Numbered from the stretch's first letter, positions 29,473 through 40,117 are shown. The stretch: DNA of 64,000 bases from Bdellovibrionota bacterium (GCA_041739995.1 JBGSMV010000061.1:1-64000), one strand, 5' to 3'. The notes: generated by a model not told the origin, from the sequence alone. Program-made: numbers and translations.

Positions 29473-30225
29473 ATGACTCAGTTGCCTCTCAATATTACTC
29501 CGCTGCTGTCGTATGAAGCGGCAGACTTTTTGGTTCACCAAGGAGTGGCGAGTGCAGTGGTCGCAGGCGAAGCGCTCTTAGCGCGTGCTGCTCGTAGTGC
29601 CGCCGGTCTTGCAGAGCGGGCATTTCAGATTCTTTTCATTCAAGGCGCCCCCCGTTCAGGAAAGACACACCTGTTTTTTAAGTTGAGTGCCGATGCCATG
29701 AAGTCACAGGCCGCCATGAAATCACAGGAGTCTGGCGGCTTATATCCTCGCATGCGCGAAGGAGCGAAGGATCTTGACTGGGGCTCGTTAATTCCCTCAC
29801 GCGGATGTGGGCCTTCTGACATTTTCTTTGTAGACGATGCGCATTTGTATTTTGAACATCTTGAACCAGGCAACTCTGGACCATTTGTGAGTTTTGTCGA
29901 AGAGCTTCGAGTGGCAGGCTCGTCTCTGGTGCTCTCGAGCGCAACAGCTTTAGAAAAATTCCCTTGCGATCAGCATGCGCTTAGTCGTTTAAGGGCAGGG
30001 CTTGGGCCAGTGCTTGGACCGCCCACTGAAGGAGAGATGCGGGCGCTGGTAAAAATATTGGCCCGTCAACGCGGCATTGCTCTCACTGATAGAAAACTCG
30101 CCTTTCTAGAGCGCCGACTGCCTCGAGACGTTAAGCAGCTCGAAGAGTATCTTGATAGAGTTCAGTTCATCTCTCATGTCACCGGCAAGCCGATTCGGTT
30201 CCCAGTTCTAGGAGACGCGTTGTAG
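29473..30225 (+). CDS. Hda/DnaA-family AAA+ protein
   Basis: QLPL clamp-binding-like N-terminus, GAPRSGKTHL, VDDAH, LSRL, RLPRD. Confidence 0.75.
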   Translation: MTQLPLNITPLLSYEAADFLVHQGVASAVVAGEALLARAARSAAGLAERAFQILFIQGAPRSGKTHLFFKLSADAMKSQAAMKSQESGGLYPRMREGAKDLDWGSLIPSRGCGPSDIFFVDDAHLYFEHLEPGNSGPFVSFVEELRVAGSSLVLSSATALEKFPCDQHALSRLRAGLGPVLGPPTEGEMRALVKILARQRGIALTDRKLAFLERRLPRDVKQLEEYLDRVQFISHVTGKPIRFPVLGDAL

Positions 30226-30494
30226 GGGGAGCGCTGGTTTCTCCGGCGTTAAACCAGGCTTCTTGACCTTTGAGTGGGAGAGATTCCGGTCTCGGAATTC
30301 GACTTTCGATAAAAACTGTACAAGATTAGGTGGTTAGCGATTCGACAGCGTGGCAGCAAGGGTGTCGCTTTAGGCGTGGTTTTGCTACTTTCCGCCGAAG
30401 ATTTGTTGCACGTGAGCTAGCGAACTCGAGAGGTATCAAACTGCCGCTTCTGTTTCCGTGCCCTGTGTATGAGGCCCCTAGAGGAGTTTTTTGC

Positions 30495-31769
30495 ATGAGT
30501 AAGCGCCGCGTTGTCGTAACCGGTATTGGTCTCTTGAGTCCGGTGGGAAGTACCACGCAGTCGAGCTGGGAAGCGGCGCAAGCGGGCACGTCTGGCATCG
30601 CGCCTGTCACAAGATTTGATGTGTCGACTTTTCCTACGCGCATCGTAGGAGAGATTAAGGGCTTTGACCCTGCAAAATTCATTGAGCAAAAAGAAATTAA
30701 GAAGCTCGACCTGTTTTCTCAGTACGCCATAGCGGCAGGTCATGAGGCTTGGAGCGATGCGGCTCTTCCGATGCCTCCCGAGGAAGGCACAGTGACCAAA
30801 ATAGGTCCCTACAGTGCGGCACGTGCAGGATGCATTTTAGGCATCGGCATCGGCGGAATGGGGATACTTGAGAAGTATCATCAAGCGTATCTCGAAGGCG
30901 GAGTGCGTAAGCTCTCGCCGTTTCTTGTCCCTGCGATGATCAGCAACTTGGGCCCAGGGAACCTCGCCATTCGCTTTGCGCTCAAAGGCGTGAACTTCAC
31001 TATTACCAGTGCTTGTACTTCCTCCACTCACGCCATAGGTGAATCCGCTCGAATGATCGCCATGGGCGTTCAGGACATGATGGTCACGGGCGGTTCAGAG
31101 GCAGCAGTGACCGCGATTGGTATTGGTGGCTTTTGTGCCATGAAGGCTTTATCCACTCGAAATGAGGAGCCGACCAAGGCCTCTCGGCCGTTTGACCGAG
31201 ATCGTGATGGCTTTGTGCTTGGCGAAGGCGCAGCAGTCATGGTGCTCGAGGAGCTTGAGCACGCCAAGGCTCGCGGCGCTAAAATCTACTGTGAGATTGG
31301 AGGGTATGGAACTTCTTGTGACGCTCATCATATCACTGCGCCTGCCCCTGATGGCGGTGGTGCGATTCAGTGCATGAGTGATGCTCTGGTGGACGCCAAC
31401 ATGCGGCCCCAAGATATTTCCTATATCAATGCGCACGGTACCTCGACTCCACACAACGACGTCACGGAGTCTCTTGCGATTAAGAAGGTATTTGGCGATT
31501 GGGCGCACAAGGGGCTGTTGGTCAGTTCGAGTAAGTCCATGACCGGGCACTTACTCGGAGCAGCGGGAGCGCTTGAGGCGGCGTTTTGCGCCTTGGCGAT
31601 TCGTGACGGCGTGGTGCCGCCTACCATAAATCTAGAGAATCCAGGGGAGGGCTGCGATCTCGATTATGTGCCTCATAAGGCGCGCAAGCTCGCGATAACG
31701 GCCGCGATGTCAAATTCTTTTGGTTTTGGTGGCACTAACGCATCTGTAATTCTCAAGGCATGTGCGTAA
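30495..31769 (+). CDS. fabF: 3-oxoacyl-ACP synthase II
   Basis: RRVVVTGIG, TSACTS, SRPFDRDRDGFVLGEG, NAHGTST, SNSFGFGG; start at ATG 30495 after GAGGAG. Confidence 0.95.
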   Translation: MSKRRVVVTGIGLLSPVGSTTQSSWEAAQAGTSGIAPVTRFDVSTFPTRIVGEIKGFDPAKFIEQKEIKKLDLFSQYAIAAGHEAWSDAALPMPPEEGTVTKIGPYSAARAGCILGIGIGGMGILEKYHQAYLEGGVRKLSPFLVPAMISNLGPGNLAIRFALKGVNFTITSACTSSTHAIGESARMIAMGVQDMMVTGGSEAAVTAIGIGGFCAMKALSTRNEEPTKASRPFDRDRDGFVLGEGAAVMVLEELEHAKARGAKIYCEIGGYGTSCDAHHITAPAPDGGGAIQCMSDALVDANMRPQDISYINAHGTSTPHNDVTESLAIKKVFGDWAHKGLLVSSSKSMTGHLLGAAGALEAAFCALAIRDGVVPPTINLENPGEGCDLDYVPHKARKLAITAAMSNSFGFGGTNASVILKACA

Positions 31770-31983
31770 GGGCGAGGAATTTTTAAGCGAGCGTAATCGC
31801 GCAGAAGATATTCTTCTGGGTGGCCTTGGGTATGCCGAAGATGCAAGCATAGTGTCTATCCAGAGGGGCGCCGAAGGGTTTAAAGGTATTGGTAAGTTCT
31901 CTGACGGAGTCGAGTTTGAATTTAGTTGTGATGACGAATTAGACGAGTTGCAGCAGTGGGCGTTAGTAGTATTTCTGAAATAA
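31762..31983 (+). CDS. Hypothetical acidic protein, 73 aa
   Basis: Start overlaps the fabF stop; protein-like composition. Confidence 0.55.
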   Translation: MRKGEEFLSERNRAEDILLGGLGYAEDASIVSIQRGAEGFKGIGKFSDGVEFEFSCDDELDELQQWALVVFLK

Positions 31984-31988
31984 GTCGC

Positions 31989-32486
31989 ATGTCTGGAGCG
32001 CTCTCCGCTTTGGAGGAACCTAAGCAAGTGCAAGCGTCTGCTGTGGTGTCAGAGCTGGTGCCAGATGTGGCGCACCCGATTGCTTCGAAAAATCCGCTGG
32101 TACGTTTTTTCTTTGTAGCCTCAGGTTGGCTATCTCTTACCCTTGGATTCTTCGGGATTTTTCTTCCACTGCTTCCGACGACTCCGTTTGTTCTTCTCGC
32201 CGCTCTTTGTTTCTCAAAAGGCTCTCCGCGACTGCACAACTGGCTTCGTTCGACTAAGCTCGCGGGACGAATTATCCGTGACTGGGAAGAGCATGGCATG
32301 ATTCGTCACAGAACCAAGGTGGTTACCACTGTGCTCATGGTAGGACTTACGAGCTATCCGGTCATCTTCATCCCGATGTGGATGATTTGTCGGGTGTTGA
32401 TGATATGCACCAGTATTTGCGTGCTCACCTTCATTTGGACCCGACCGTCTGAACCGAACCAGCGGCCAGCGCGTCGCTTGCGCTAA
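31989..32486 (+). CDS. YbaN/DUF454 family membrane protein
   Basis: GIFLPLLPTTPFVLLAALCFSKGSPRLHNWL. Confidence 0.88.
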   Translation: MSGALSALEEPKQVQASAVVSELVPDVAHPIASKNPLVRFFFVASGWLSLTLGFFGIFLPLLPTTPFVLLAALCFSKGSPRLHNWLRSTKLAGRIIRDWEEHGMIRHRTKVVTTVLMVGLTSYPVIFIPMWMICRVLMICTSICVLTFIWTRPSEPNQRPARRLR

Positions 32487-32519
32487 AGAGCGGACGGCGA
32501 CGCCTTTCCGGGTGCGCAT

Positions 32520-32594
32520 GAAATCCTCAGTGAACTCCTCAGTGAACTCCTCAGTGAAATTTCTCAGTGATATTCCTCATCGATATCCTTCCAT
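32520..32594. repeat. Degenerate 12/13-bp tandem array (GAACTCCTCAGT), about 5-6 units
   Basis: Read directly; lies between convergent genes. Confidence 0.85.
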
Positions 32595-32626
32595 GAACCA
32601 CCTTCCGAGGGTCTTGCCTAGTCGAG

Positions 32627-33127
32627 TTATTGACGCCCGGGAAGGGTAACTCCGTCCCAGAGACCTGGCGTCCGCCTTTGCCACGCCTCACAAAAAGCCC
32701 GCTCAATAACGCTCGTATACTTCGGATATTCCCACTGCTCTGCCTTACATTTAATCGCTGCTTGTTCTCCCGATTGCTGAATTCTGCCGCTCGCGAAACC
32801 GCGCCTCACAATCTCTTGGTCGCTTCCGATTGCAATACGCTGCAATAGATTCGTTCCACTTCCGCAATTCCAGCTGCATGGAAGGCCCAGAATATATCGG
32901 TGACCCCGTCGATCCTCTGCCACTGCAAATGACAGAGTGTCGAGGTGCTGAGCATCTGGCGGTTTTTCCATAGCGCAAATGAATGTATACTCATCCGTCC
33001 GATCGACAATAAATTGATACCGGTCGGACCAGGGCGTTAGGGCTTCTCCGTCTATGATATCGAGCAACGTTTGCTCGTGTACTCGATCTCTTTGAATATT
33101 ATCAGAATTGATCCCCCATACTTTCAT
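32627..33127 (-). CDS. Hypothetical protein
   Basis: 166-aa ATG-started ORF, no recognisable motif. Confidence 0.55.
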   Translation of the reverse strand: MKVWGINSDNIQRDRVHEQTLLDIIDGEALTPWSDRYQFIVDRTDEYTFICAMEKPPDAQHLDTLSFAVAEDRRGHRYILGLPCSWNCGSGTNLLQRIAIGSDQEIVRRGFASGRIQQSGEQAAIKCKAEQWEYPKYTSVIERAFCEAWQRRTPGLWDGVTLPGRQ

Positions 33128-33254
33128 CTCACGTAAAAGCCGCTCAATAGGAGAGTTCCAGGCCTCTGCCAGTGGTGACGGTGCTAAGGGAGTAGTGCCT
33201 TATGTTGCAGAAAAGAAATTGCACGGAGGGCATCTTTGCGCAGCAAAGAGGTGG

Positions 33255-33914
33255 TTATGAAATAATCTTAGACGGGCAGAGGCTGCCTAACTCGCAGCTC
33301 GCGCACGCGGGTCTCTGCGCCTTGCAAACCTTTCTTCCGTGTAGAATTAAAGAGTGATGCAGTGCCCGCCAGTCCTGTGGTGCGAAGAGGCTACATAGGT
33401 CGTTCTCGACGTCACGCACTGTTTTCCCAGACGAGAGTGCGAGGCGATGGGTCAGTCGGTAGACGTGAGTATCGACTGGGAGCGCAGGTGCGACTCCTAG
33501 CTCACCGACAACCACATTCGCTGTTTTCCTCCCAACCCCGGGAAGCGTGACCAGTTGAGCGTGCTCGCGAGGTAACACTCCACTAAAAGCTGAAATCACA
33601 AGCTGCGCCATCGCGATCAGGTTCTTGGCCTTGGTGCGATAGTAATTAACCGGGCGAATGATGCGTTCAAGCTCCGAGGATTTTGCGACTGCGAGCGTTT
33701 TAAAGTTAGGGAACTTGGTGAACAGTTCTGGGGTAACTTCATTTACTTTTTTGTCAGTGCATTGAGCGGAGAGCGTCACGGCAACGACAAGCTGGAACTC
33801 GTTCGAGAAATTGAGCTCGGAGCGTGGGTTCGGATAGAGCTGCTTTAAAACGTCCAGTATTCGATTAGCTTGGCGGACCTTTTTATTAGCCACTTTCTTC
33901 TGTTTTGGTTTCAT
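33255..33914 (-). CDS. nth: Endonuclease III
   Basis: LSAQCTD, HhH LPGVGRKTANVV, VDTHV, Fe-S motif CKAQRPACASCELGSLC. Confidence 0.95.
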   Translation of the reverse strand: MKPKQKKVANKKVRQANRILDVLKQLYPNPRSELNFSNEFQLVVAVTLSAQCTDKKVNEVTPELFTKFPNFKTLAVAKSSELERIIRPVNYYRTKAKNLIAMAQLVISAFSGVLPREHAQLVTLPGVGRKTANVVVGELGVAPALPVDTHVYRLTHRLALSSGKTVRDVENDLCSLFAPQDWRALHHSLILHGRKVCKAQRPACASCELGSLCPSKIIS

Positions 33915-34030
33915 ACGAGATTTCAATTCAGGCCCGGTAGATATAGACCGATACTTGCCGGAAGCCCAACTGTAGCCGGTGAATTCTAGGAGCTGGCTTT
34001 TTTACCCTATAGAGTCGAAGTGAGTGAGGA

Positions 34031-34966
34031 TTGAGTACTCGAGATGACGCCATTGTCCCCCTCACTCCCGCCGTACCGCAGGTATTGCGGGCCATTGGGG
34101 AAATGTTGCTCGCCTGTCTGGCGTTCGCGTTTATGAACGCCTGCGCTAAAGCGCTGGCAGGTGCTTTGCCTGCGACCGAGGTAGCGTTTTTCAGAGTGCT
34201 AGTAACTACGCTCCTATTGATTCCGATCATGCACGTTCGACGCGTCAGGATGATTGGGAAGCATCAGCGACTGCTCTTCTTGCGAAGTGTTACCGGTACT
34301 GTTGCGCTATGCCTTAACTTTGCCGCTGCGGCAGTGCTCCCCCTGGCCGAGCTCGGCGCGATTGTGAAAAGTAGCGTCCTTTTCACCGTGCTGCTTGGGA
34401 TGTTTCTCCTTGGTGAGGAGCGTTCTGGGCGGCGTGTTTGGTACACAACTATAGGTTTCCTTGGAGTTGGTTTGGTCTTGCGCCCCACGTTTGAGATTGA
34501 GCCAATGGGAGCCATGCAGGCCATAGGGACCGCGCTATTTAGTTCGGTATCCGCCCTTGCAATCCGAGAGCTCGGAGGACGAGAACATCCGCTCACGGTG
34601 GTATTTCATTTTAGTCTATTCTGCTGCTTGGTAATGGCGATAGGCTTTAGCTCCTGGTTTATCATTCCCTCTGGAGCGCAGTGCTGGCTGTTGCTGGGTT
34701 GCGGCCTGGCAGGAACTTTTGGTCAGATTTTTGTGACCGCTGCGCTGCAACGCGCCCCCGCCTCCGTTATCGCTCCGTATGCCTACTCCGAGGTGCTGTT
34801 TGCGGTGACACTTGGTGTCTTTCTATTTTCTGAAGTTCTCTCGGTATTTACGTTGCTGGGCGCAGGGATGATAGTGGGCTCCGGTATGGTGCTTGCACGC
34901 CTTTCGGGCCCGTCCGCGGGCGGGAAAGTAGTGTTTCGGTCGAAAACTAAGGGCAGAGTACCCTAA
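34031..34966 (+). CDS. DMT/EamA family transporter
   Basis: About ten TM segments; FLLGE, LRP, APASVIAPYAY. Confidence 0.85.
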   Translation: MSTRDDAIVPLTPAVPQVLRAIGEMLLACLAFAFMNACAKALAGALPATEVAFFRVLVTTLLLIPIMHVRRVRMIGKHQRLLFLRSVTGTVALCLNFAAAAVLPLAELGAIVKSSVLFTVLLGMFLLGEERSGRRVWYTTIGFLGVGLVLRPTFEIEPMGAMQAIGTALFSSVSALAIRELGGREHPLTVVFHFSLFCCLVMAIGFSSWFIIPSGAQCWLLLGCGLAGTFGQIFVTAALQRAPASVIAPYAYSEVLFAVTLGVFLFSEVLSVFTLLGAGMIVGSGMVLARLSGPSAGGKVVFRSKTKGRVP

Positions 34967-35005
34967 GAGCAAAGAGTGAAAGTTTCTTAAGAGACAGGAA
35001 ACGAA

Positions 35006-36118
35006 GTGGGCGCAATGAACGCAATGAAAGAGTCAGTTCAGAATTTGTTCTCAGCCTCACCGCAGTTGCGCGGGCTTGTAGTGAGAGAGGTGCAAGCGCT
35101 TGCAGGAGATGCGTCACAACGCCGCTACTTTCGAGTGACTGTGCAGGGCTTGCCAAGCTCGCTTATTTTGCTCGAATACGGCAACGCCAAGGGCCCCGCT
35201 TTTAAACAGCCGGAGATTCCTTCTCAAGAAGAAAGCATGCGGTTGTTGGCGAATGAGCTACTGCCTTTTCAGATTCCGCTTCCAAAGTTGTTCCTGCACG
35301 ATTCAAAGAGTCATCGTTTTGTATTCGAAGACTGTGGCGATCGCTCGCTTGCGATGCTTGCAAGTGGGCATAGGGATGCGTTGGTTGAACAGCTTGAGAA
35401 TGATCATCGATCGGACTGGCTTGAGCACCTATTTGCCGAAGCGATTGGCATCGTGTCTAAGTTACAGAAGATTCCAAGCACGTCTTCAGTGGTTGCCTGT
35501 CGACGCTGGCTAGAGTTCGAAAATCTCAGAAATGAAGCCCAAGAATTTATAGACTTTGTGGCGATTCCAGGTGGAGCCAATAAGGCAGCATTGGAAGTGC
35601 TTCGCGGTCAGCTTGACGCGCTTTGTGAAACTATTCGCTCGTTTCCAAAGCTTGTTTCACATTTTGACTTCCATGGTCACAATATCCTTGTTCGGGACGA
35701 CGGAAAGCTGACCTTGATTGATTTTCAGGATGCCTGCCTGGCAAGTCCTGCAAGAGATATAGTCTCGCTGCTCAATGATCGCGGCATGGATGAGACTCTT
35801 GGATACTCGCGGCACTCAAGGCTGTTGAAGCGCGCATTTGAAGGTCTAGGCGCCACCTCTCAAGAATTCACCAAGTATTATAATTTTACGCTACTACATT
35901 GGGACCTGAGAGTAAGTGGACGGTTCCGCAAGCTCGGCATTGAGAAAAAAACGGACCGTTATGTGCAGTGGATTCCTGGCACCCTTCGCCGTCTTGGGCG
36001 AACAGTCTTAAGAGCGCATCCAGAGATTCACGGCATGGAGGATCTTTTGCAGGTGCTCGAAAAACTTTGCCCTGAAGCCCGCGAAGGAATTTCAGATCCG
36101 TGGCCCTTACCTAAGTAG
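35006..36118 (+). CDS. AmgK-like anomeric MurNAc/GlcNAc kinase (APH family)
   Basis: LAGDASQRRYFRV, EDCGD, HFDFHGHN, IDFQDA, DIVSLL, G-F-x-L...KxxY. Confidence 0.7.
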   Translation: MGAMNAMKESVQNLFSASPQLRGLVVREVQALAGDASQRRYFRVTVQGLPSSLILLEYGNAKGPAFKQPEIPSQEESMRLLANELLPFQIPLPKLFLHDSKSHRFVFEDCGDRSLAMLASGHRDALVEQLENDHRSDWLEHLFAEAIGIVSKLQKIPSTSSVVACRRWLEFENLRNEAQEFIDFVAIPGGANKAALEVLRGQLDALCETIRSFPKLVSHFDFHGHNILVRDDGKLTLIDFQDACLASPARDIVSLLNDRGMDETLGYSRHSRLLKRAFEGLGATSQEFTKYYNFTLLHWDLRVSGRFRKLGIEKKTDRYVQWIPGTLRRLGRTVLRAHPEIHGMEDLLQVLEKLCPEAREGISDPWPLPK

Positions 36119-36158
36119 TCACTGGGTCGTGGGGCGCTCAAGCGTTTAAGCGAAAGAT

Positions 36159-36656
36159 CTATCGAAACGTCTTTTGGGGACTCGAATAAATTACCTGATG
36201 AGCTTTATCACTTAACGCGGAAATCGATTCTGCGGTGAATTTCCCTGATGACCAAAGTGTATTTGCCTCCGAGGCAATATTGTTCAGAGATTTGATTCGT
36301 TCAATGTCAGCGGGATCCCTGTCCTCGGTAAGGTGAGCGCGATGGAAGCGCTGATCGAACGGGCGTACCAGAGAGCCTCCTGTGATTAATGCTTTTGCCG
36401 TTAGTGTCGTGATGTCTATGTCTGAGCTGCCAGATTTTACGCACATCAGCACGCCCACCCACTCGTTCCAGTAGTCCAGGATCGCATGGCTAACCGAAAT
36501 TGGTTTGTATTGCGAAGGGGTAACAGCTTCACCTTCAGCTGGAGAGATCCCATTAGATTCGGGAACCGAAGATGACAAGACCGCGACGCGGGTTTGATCA
36601 GCGCTACTTCGATCTGACGAAACACTTCGATTTCTGTTGCGGATCCTTGCCAGCAT
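36159..36656 (-). CDS. Hypothetical protein
   Basis: 165-aa ORF with an AG-rich RBS. Confidence 0.5.
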   Translation of the reverse strand: MLARIRNRNRSVSSDRSSADQTRVAVLSSSVPESNGISPAEGEAVTPSQYKPISVSHAILDYWNEWVGVLMCVKSGSSDIDITTLTAKALITGGSLVRPFDQRFHRAHLTEDRDPADIERIKSLNNIASEANTLWSSGKFTAESISALSDKAHQVIYSSPQKTFR

Positions 36657-36906
36657 TTTCTCTTTTCTCCGTTCTTAAAGAACATGTTCGAAACACTAGG
36701 TTCGAGATATGGCGAGGTTATCGAATGTGGAGCAGCAACCGAGTGAAGAAGTGTTAATCTTTTGTTAGTGGGCGGTGATTCAGGAGGGTGCGCATTAACT
36801 GTCTAGTTTCAATGAGTTAGGTGAGCTTCGGTGAGCCGCATCAGATTTATGAAAGTCGCAGTGTTCGGCGTCCTCTAGCGGCGACTTCCGCTAGCGGACG
36901 CGATTT

Positions 36907-37554
36907 TTAACGCAAATGTGCGCGCACTTCTTTGAAGAGGCTCGCTCGATGAAAATCTGGGGCGATTGACTGGAGATTGGAAGCTGAGAGAAAGAGATGC
37001 GTGTCAGACGCAGGACTGGAAAGGATTGAGGTTACGTTCGCTCTGGTTGGTCGCTCATCAAAGGCGCGAATACCCAGTGCAGAACGCGGAATTCGGATAG
37101 TGGCATGCCAATGTGCTTCGTTTTTTGAAACCTCGCTCCAACATTGAACACCTGAGGTGAGTTTCAATAAATCTACTGATTCGGAGCGCATGCGATAGTC
37201 ATCGAATATCGCCGTCCACCAGGCGCCGGTGGGGCTGAGGTTGAATTCTTGATAGCGAGTGCTACTCGGCGTGCTGTCGCAAATAAAAAGTTCAATAAGT
37301 TCTTGCTCCCAAAGTCCTTCGACAAACGCTCCTGTCTCAAGCGAAAGATCGCACTGCGGTGATGCGGCACGAGATCCGAGTAGCCACACAGCATCTGGGT
37401 CGGTAGCCAGCGTATAGGAGATAGGTGGCGTGACCTTCTCCCCATACCAATCGCTATTCAGTGGAGCGCGAGGAAAAGACGCAACTTCCGGATAGGTCAG
37501 AGGGGTCTTAGAGGTGATGCATATCACACAACTCTCTTGTGGTTTTTCACTCAT
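36907..37554 (-). CDS. DOMON-like / CBM9-like domain protein
   Basis: GLWEQELIELF, YQEFNLSPTGAW, PDFH; start overlaps the spoIID-like stop. Confidence 0.65.
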   Translation of the reverse strand: MSEKPQESCVICITSKTPLTYPEVASFPRAPLNSDWYGEKVTPPISYTLATDPDAVWLLGSRAASPQCDLSLETGAFVEGLWEQELIELFICDSTPSSTRYQEFNLSPTGAWWTAIFDDYRMRSESVDLLKLTSGVQCWSEVSKNEAHWHATIRIPRSALGIRAFDERPTRANVTSILSSPASDTHLFLSASNLQSIAPDFHRASLFKEVRAHLR

Positions 37555-38917
37555 AAGCACGCACAACCTCACAGCTTGGGAAATAGTGCTTTAAAATAGC
37601 TTCTCCCGACATGCCCTTGAGCGCCAAGGCGAGAGCTCCAATCTGGCATAGTCCAACCCCGTGCCCCCATCCAGCGCCGGTTAGTTTAAGTTGGTCTTGT
37701 GCGCCTGTAGTCGAAGTAATCCATTCGTGAATAAAGGCGGAAGAATAGAGAAAAGAGGAATGGAGTGCTCGGCGAATGGAGTACTGGCCTTGAATCTCAA
37801 CGCTGCGCTGGTCTCCTGCGCTGGTAAGGTAGTCTACAGCGATGCTCATGAGTCTTCCGGAGCGACCGCGCTTGCCGTGTTTTAGACGTAAGACCTGACT
37901 GAGCTCAGGGAGCTCGAGGCGCTCACGGACAAGCGCGCTGAGCTGGTCTCGAGCTATCTGATAAGTCCAACGAAAGTAGGCATCTGGCTTATCGACCGCT
38001 CCGAGATAGCGCGGCAGGATCTTCTCTGAAATCGAATCAGGCGAGCAACAACAATGCCTTGCTGGAGTGAGAATCCATTTCTGAGCGGCAGTTTCATTTG
38101 TCAGGTCAACTTCGATAGGCTCTTCGCGGTCAGCCTGGGTAGTGAGCCCCGGCACTGAAAATCCAAAAGCTGATAGAGGCTCTTCGACGTAGCCACCGCA
38201 ACTCTTAGAGTAATAGGCGGCGCAGGCATTACCTTCTGGATTTCTAAGGTACATGCCACGGCTGAGGCGTACGGCATCAACTGAAGCGGCTGAAAGAAAT
38301 GTGGTGCCCTGATAGCGCTGGCAGTCATCGTCATTGCAAACGTCGAAGCCTGAGTTCGGGTGCTTATTACGCAGAAACACATAGCTCCAAGACCTCGCTG
38401 CTGTGGCCTGTGCAAAGGCAAAAGATGCGGGGCATCCGGGGCTCATCTCTGAAGTAATGACGCAGGTGCAGTAGTCTTCAAAATCGACCTGATTGACTAC
38501 CTGTAGCCCCTCGGCACTAGCGGATATTTCGAAGTCTCCCGGAAAGGTAAGCGCAACGTCCTTCTTCCAGTGGAAGCTTCTCCCGACTGTTATGGGGTTG
38601 ATGATAAGGCCTGCATGGGCGGAAAGCTCTGCGGCCTTGGTTCGGCGCACGCTCAACGCTTCGCCGTCGGAGATCTCAAAGTTTCCAGCGTCTAAGCGGA
38701 CCAGCAACGAAGTGCCTTTGCGTTCGACTGACAGCTCCGCTCCGCTGATGAGATTTGCCCGCTCCGTTCCAGAAAGACTAATCGTATAAGAGAGACCTTC
38801 GGTTGGACGTAGGGAGAGATGTTGGCGGCCGTCTTCTGGGAGAACCAATCCGACCCGCAGCAAGGGGACTTGTTGCTCGGGAAGGTTCACTGCTTGGGGG
38901 CGAGGTTCATGCACCAT
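37547..38917 (-). CDS. SpoIID/LytB domain protein (lytic transglycosylase)
   Basis: VVNQVDFEDY..CVITSEM, AQATAARS, CQRYQG, YSKSCGG, GAGWGHGVGLCQIGA, ILKHYF. Confidence 0.88.
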   Translation of the reverse strand: MVHEPRPQAVNLPEQQVPLLRVGLVLPEDGRQHLSLRPTEGLSYTISLSGTERANLISGAELSVERKGTSLLVRLDAGNFEISDGEALSVRRTKAAELSAHAGLIINPITVGRSFHWKKDVALTFPGDFEISASAEGLQVVNQVDFEDYCTCVITSEMSPGCPASFAFAQATAARSWSYVFLRNKHPNSGFDVCNDDDCQRYQGTTFLSAASVDAVRLSRGMYLRNPEGNACAAYYSKSCGGYVEEPLSAFGFSVPGLTTQADREEPIEVDLTNETAAQKWILTPARHCCCSPDSISEKILPRYLGAVDKPDAYFRWTYQIARDQLSALVRERLELPELSQVLRLKHGKRGRSGRLMSIAVDYLTSAGDQRSVEIQGQYSIRRALHSSFLYSSAFIHEWITSTTGAQDQLKLTGAGWGHGVGLCQIGALALALKGMSGEAILKHYFPSCEVVRAYE

Positions 38918-38932
38918 GTTTGGATCGGGCTC

Positions 38933-39778
38933 TTATGAATTTTTCTTATGAAGTTTTACCATGGCTGAAAAATCTTCGTCGCCGAACCCATTTTCCATTG
39001 CCAACCGAAGCTTTTCAAGAATGCTCGCGTGAAGCACGAAATTATCCTTCGTGAGACTACCAAGTAACCGCATGTCTTTTGCCATGTGTTTAGTGGAAAA
39101 CTGCGCAGGAAACTCTCCCGAACACATCAAGGCCTCCTTCCACTGAGTAAGCTTGCTCGACGCTGCATTAGACGCAAGCGCTTCAAAGAAGATTGGGTCC
39201 GAAATATCAGCGTTGCGGCAGATGCTTATCGATTCTGCCAGGGCGGCAACTGCAGCAGCAATCTGCAGGTTCATGGCCAGTTTCAAGGTGCATGCTTGTG
39301 GAGGTGTCCCGATTCGAATCTGCTGTTCGCTAAGCCTTTTGAGGTACGGTGTGACATTAGCGACGAGCGAAGCTTCTCCGCCTAGGTAGAAAAGAGTCTT
39401 CCTTGACAGCGCCCCGGGAAGACTGCCGGTAAAAGGAGCTTCAAGATACCGAGCCCCTTGAGCTTCGACTACGGCGCTGGTGCTGTCGCTCGAAGCAGGG
39501 TCAATGGTCGTTGATTGAATCACCACATGCCGCGCCGTAAGACTTGGAGCTAAAACCTGGATGACGGAACCAAGTGCGAGCTCATCCGAGACGACGATAT
39601 GAATCAAATCGGCTTGTGCCGGTATCGCCGCAAGATCTTGCTGAAAGCGCGGGAATACCTTGGGAGTGCGGTTCCAAGTGGCGCTCAGGACGCCATCGGC
39701 TTCTAGGTGTTGAGCCCAGGCGCTGCCGATGATGCCGAGGCCAATCATGGCGCATGAATGAAAAGATGAAGTTTCCAT
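38933..39778 (-). CDS. 3-hydroxyisobutyrate dehydrogenase-family NAD(P)-dependent oxidoreductase
   Basis: IGLGIIG, WNRT, STTIDP, EAPFTGS, KLAMN, KDM. Confidence 0.85.
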   Translation of the reverse strand: METSSFHSCAMIGLGIIGSAWAQHLEADGVLSATWNRTPKVFPRFQQDLAAIPAQADLIHIVVSDELALGSVIQVLAPSLTARHVVIQSTTIDPASSDSTSAVVEAQGARYLEAPFTGSLPGALSRKTLFYLGGEASLVANVTPYLKRLSEQQIRIGTPPQACTLKLAMNLQIAAAVAALAESISICRNADISDPIFFEALASNAASSKLTQWKEALMCSGEFPAQFSTKHMAKDMRLLGSLTKDNFVLHASILEKLRLAMENGFGDEDFSAMVKLHKKNS

Positions 39779-40117
39779 GTCTCTTGTTCTAACCTTATCC
39801 GCAGAGGTGACGGTTATCGTTACCTTCGATTCTTAGCGCTCGCAATCTCTAAAGACTCTGTTTGCCGACAGTTGGCTCACGCAGAGCTTGTGCGAATTGC
39901 TGCGCATTTAATTGCCGTCCTGCGGCCTTGTAACTAGCCCCAATCTCTAAGAAAGACACGTAGAGAGCAGTGAGGGTGTCAGAATTGGTGACCTGAGCAT
40001 GCTGGCTAGGACAAGTGAGGTGGCCTACCTCTTGCAACTAGAGCTTGTGGTGTGGGTCTCTACGAGGAGGGATCTATGCAGGTTGTTAGGGTTCTCACGC
40101 ACATTCACCAAGTATTC

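Noticed and set aside
30330..30494. N-terminal extension of FabF
   Set aside because: The family start MSKRRVVVTG at 30495 follows a GAGGAG RBS
32520..32594. Possible CRISPR array
   Set aside because: Units are 12-13 bp, contiguous, have no unique spacers, and no cas genes are present
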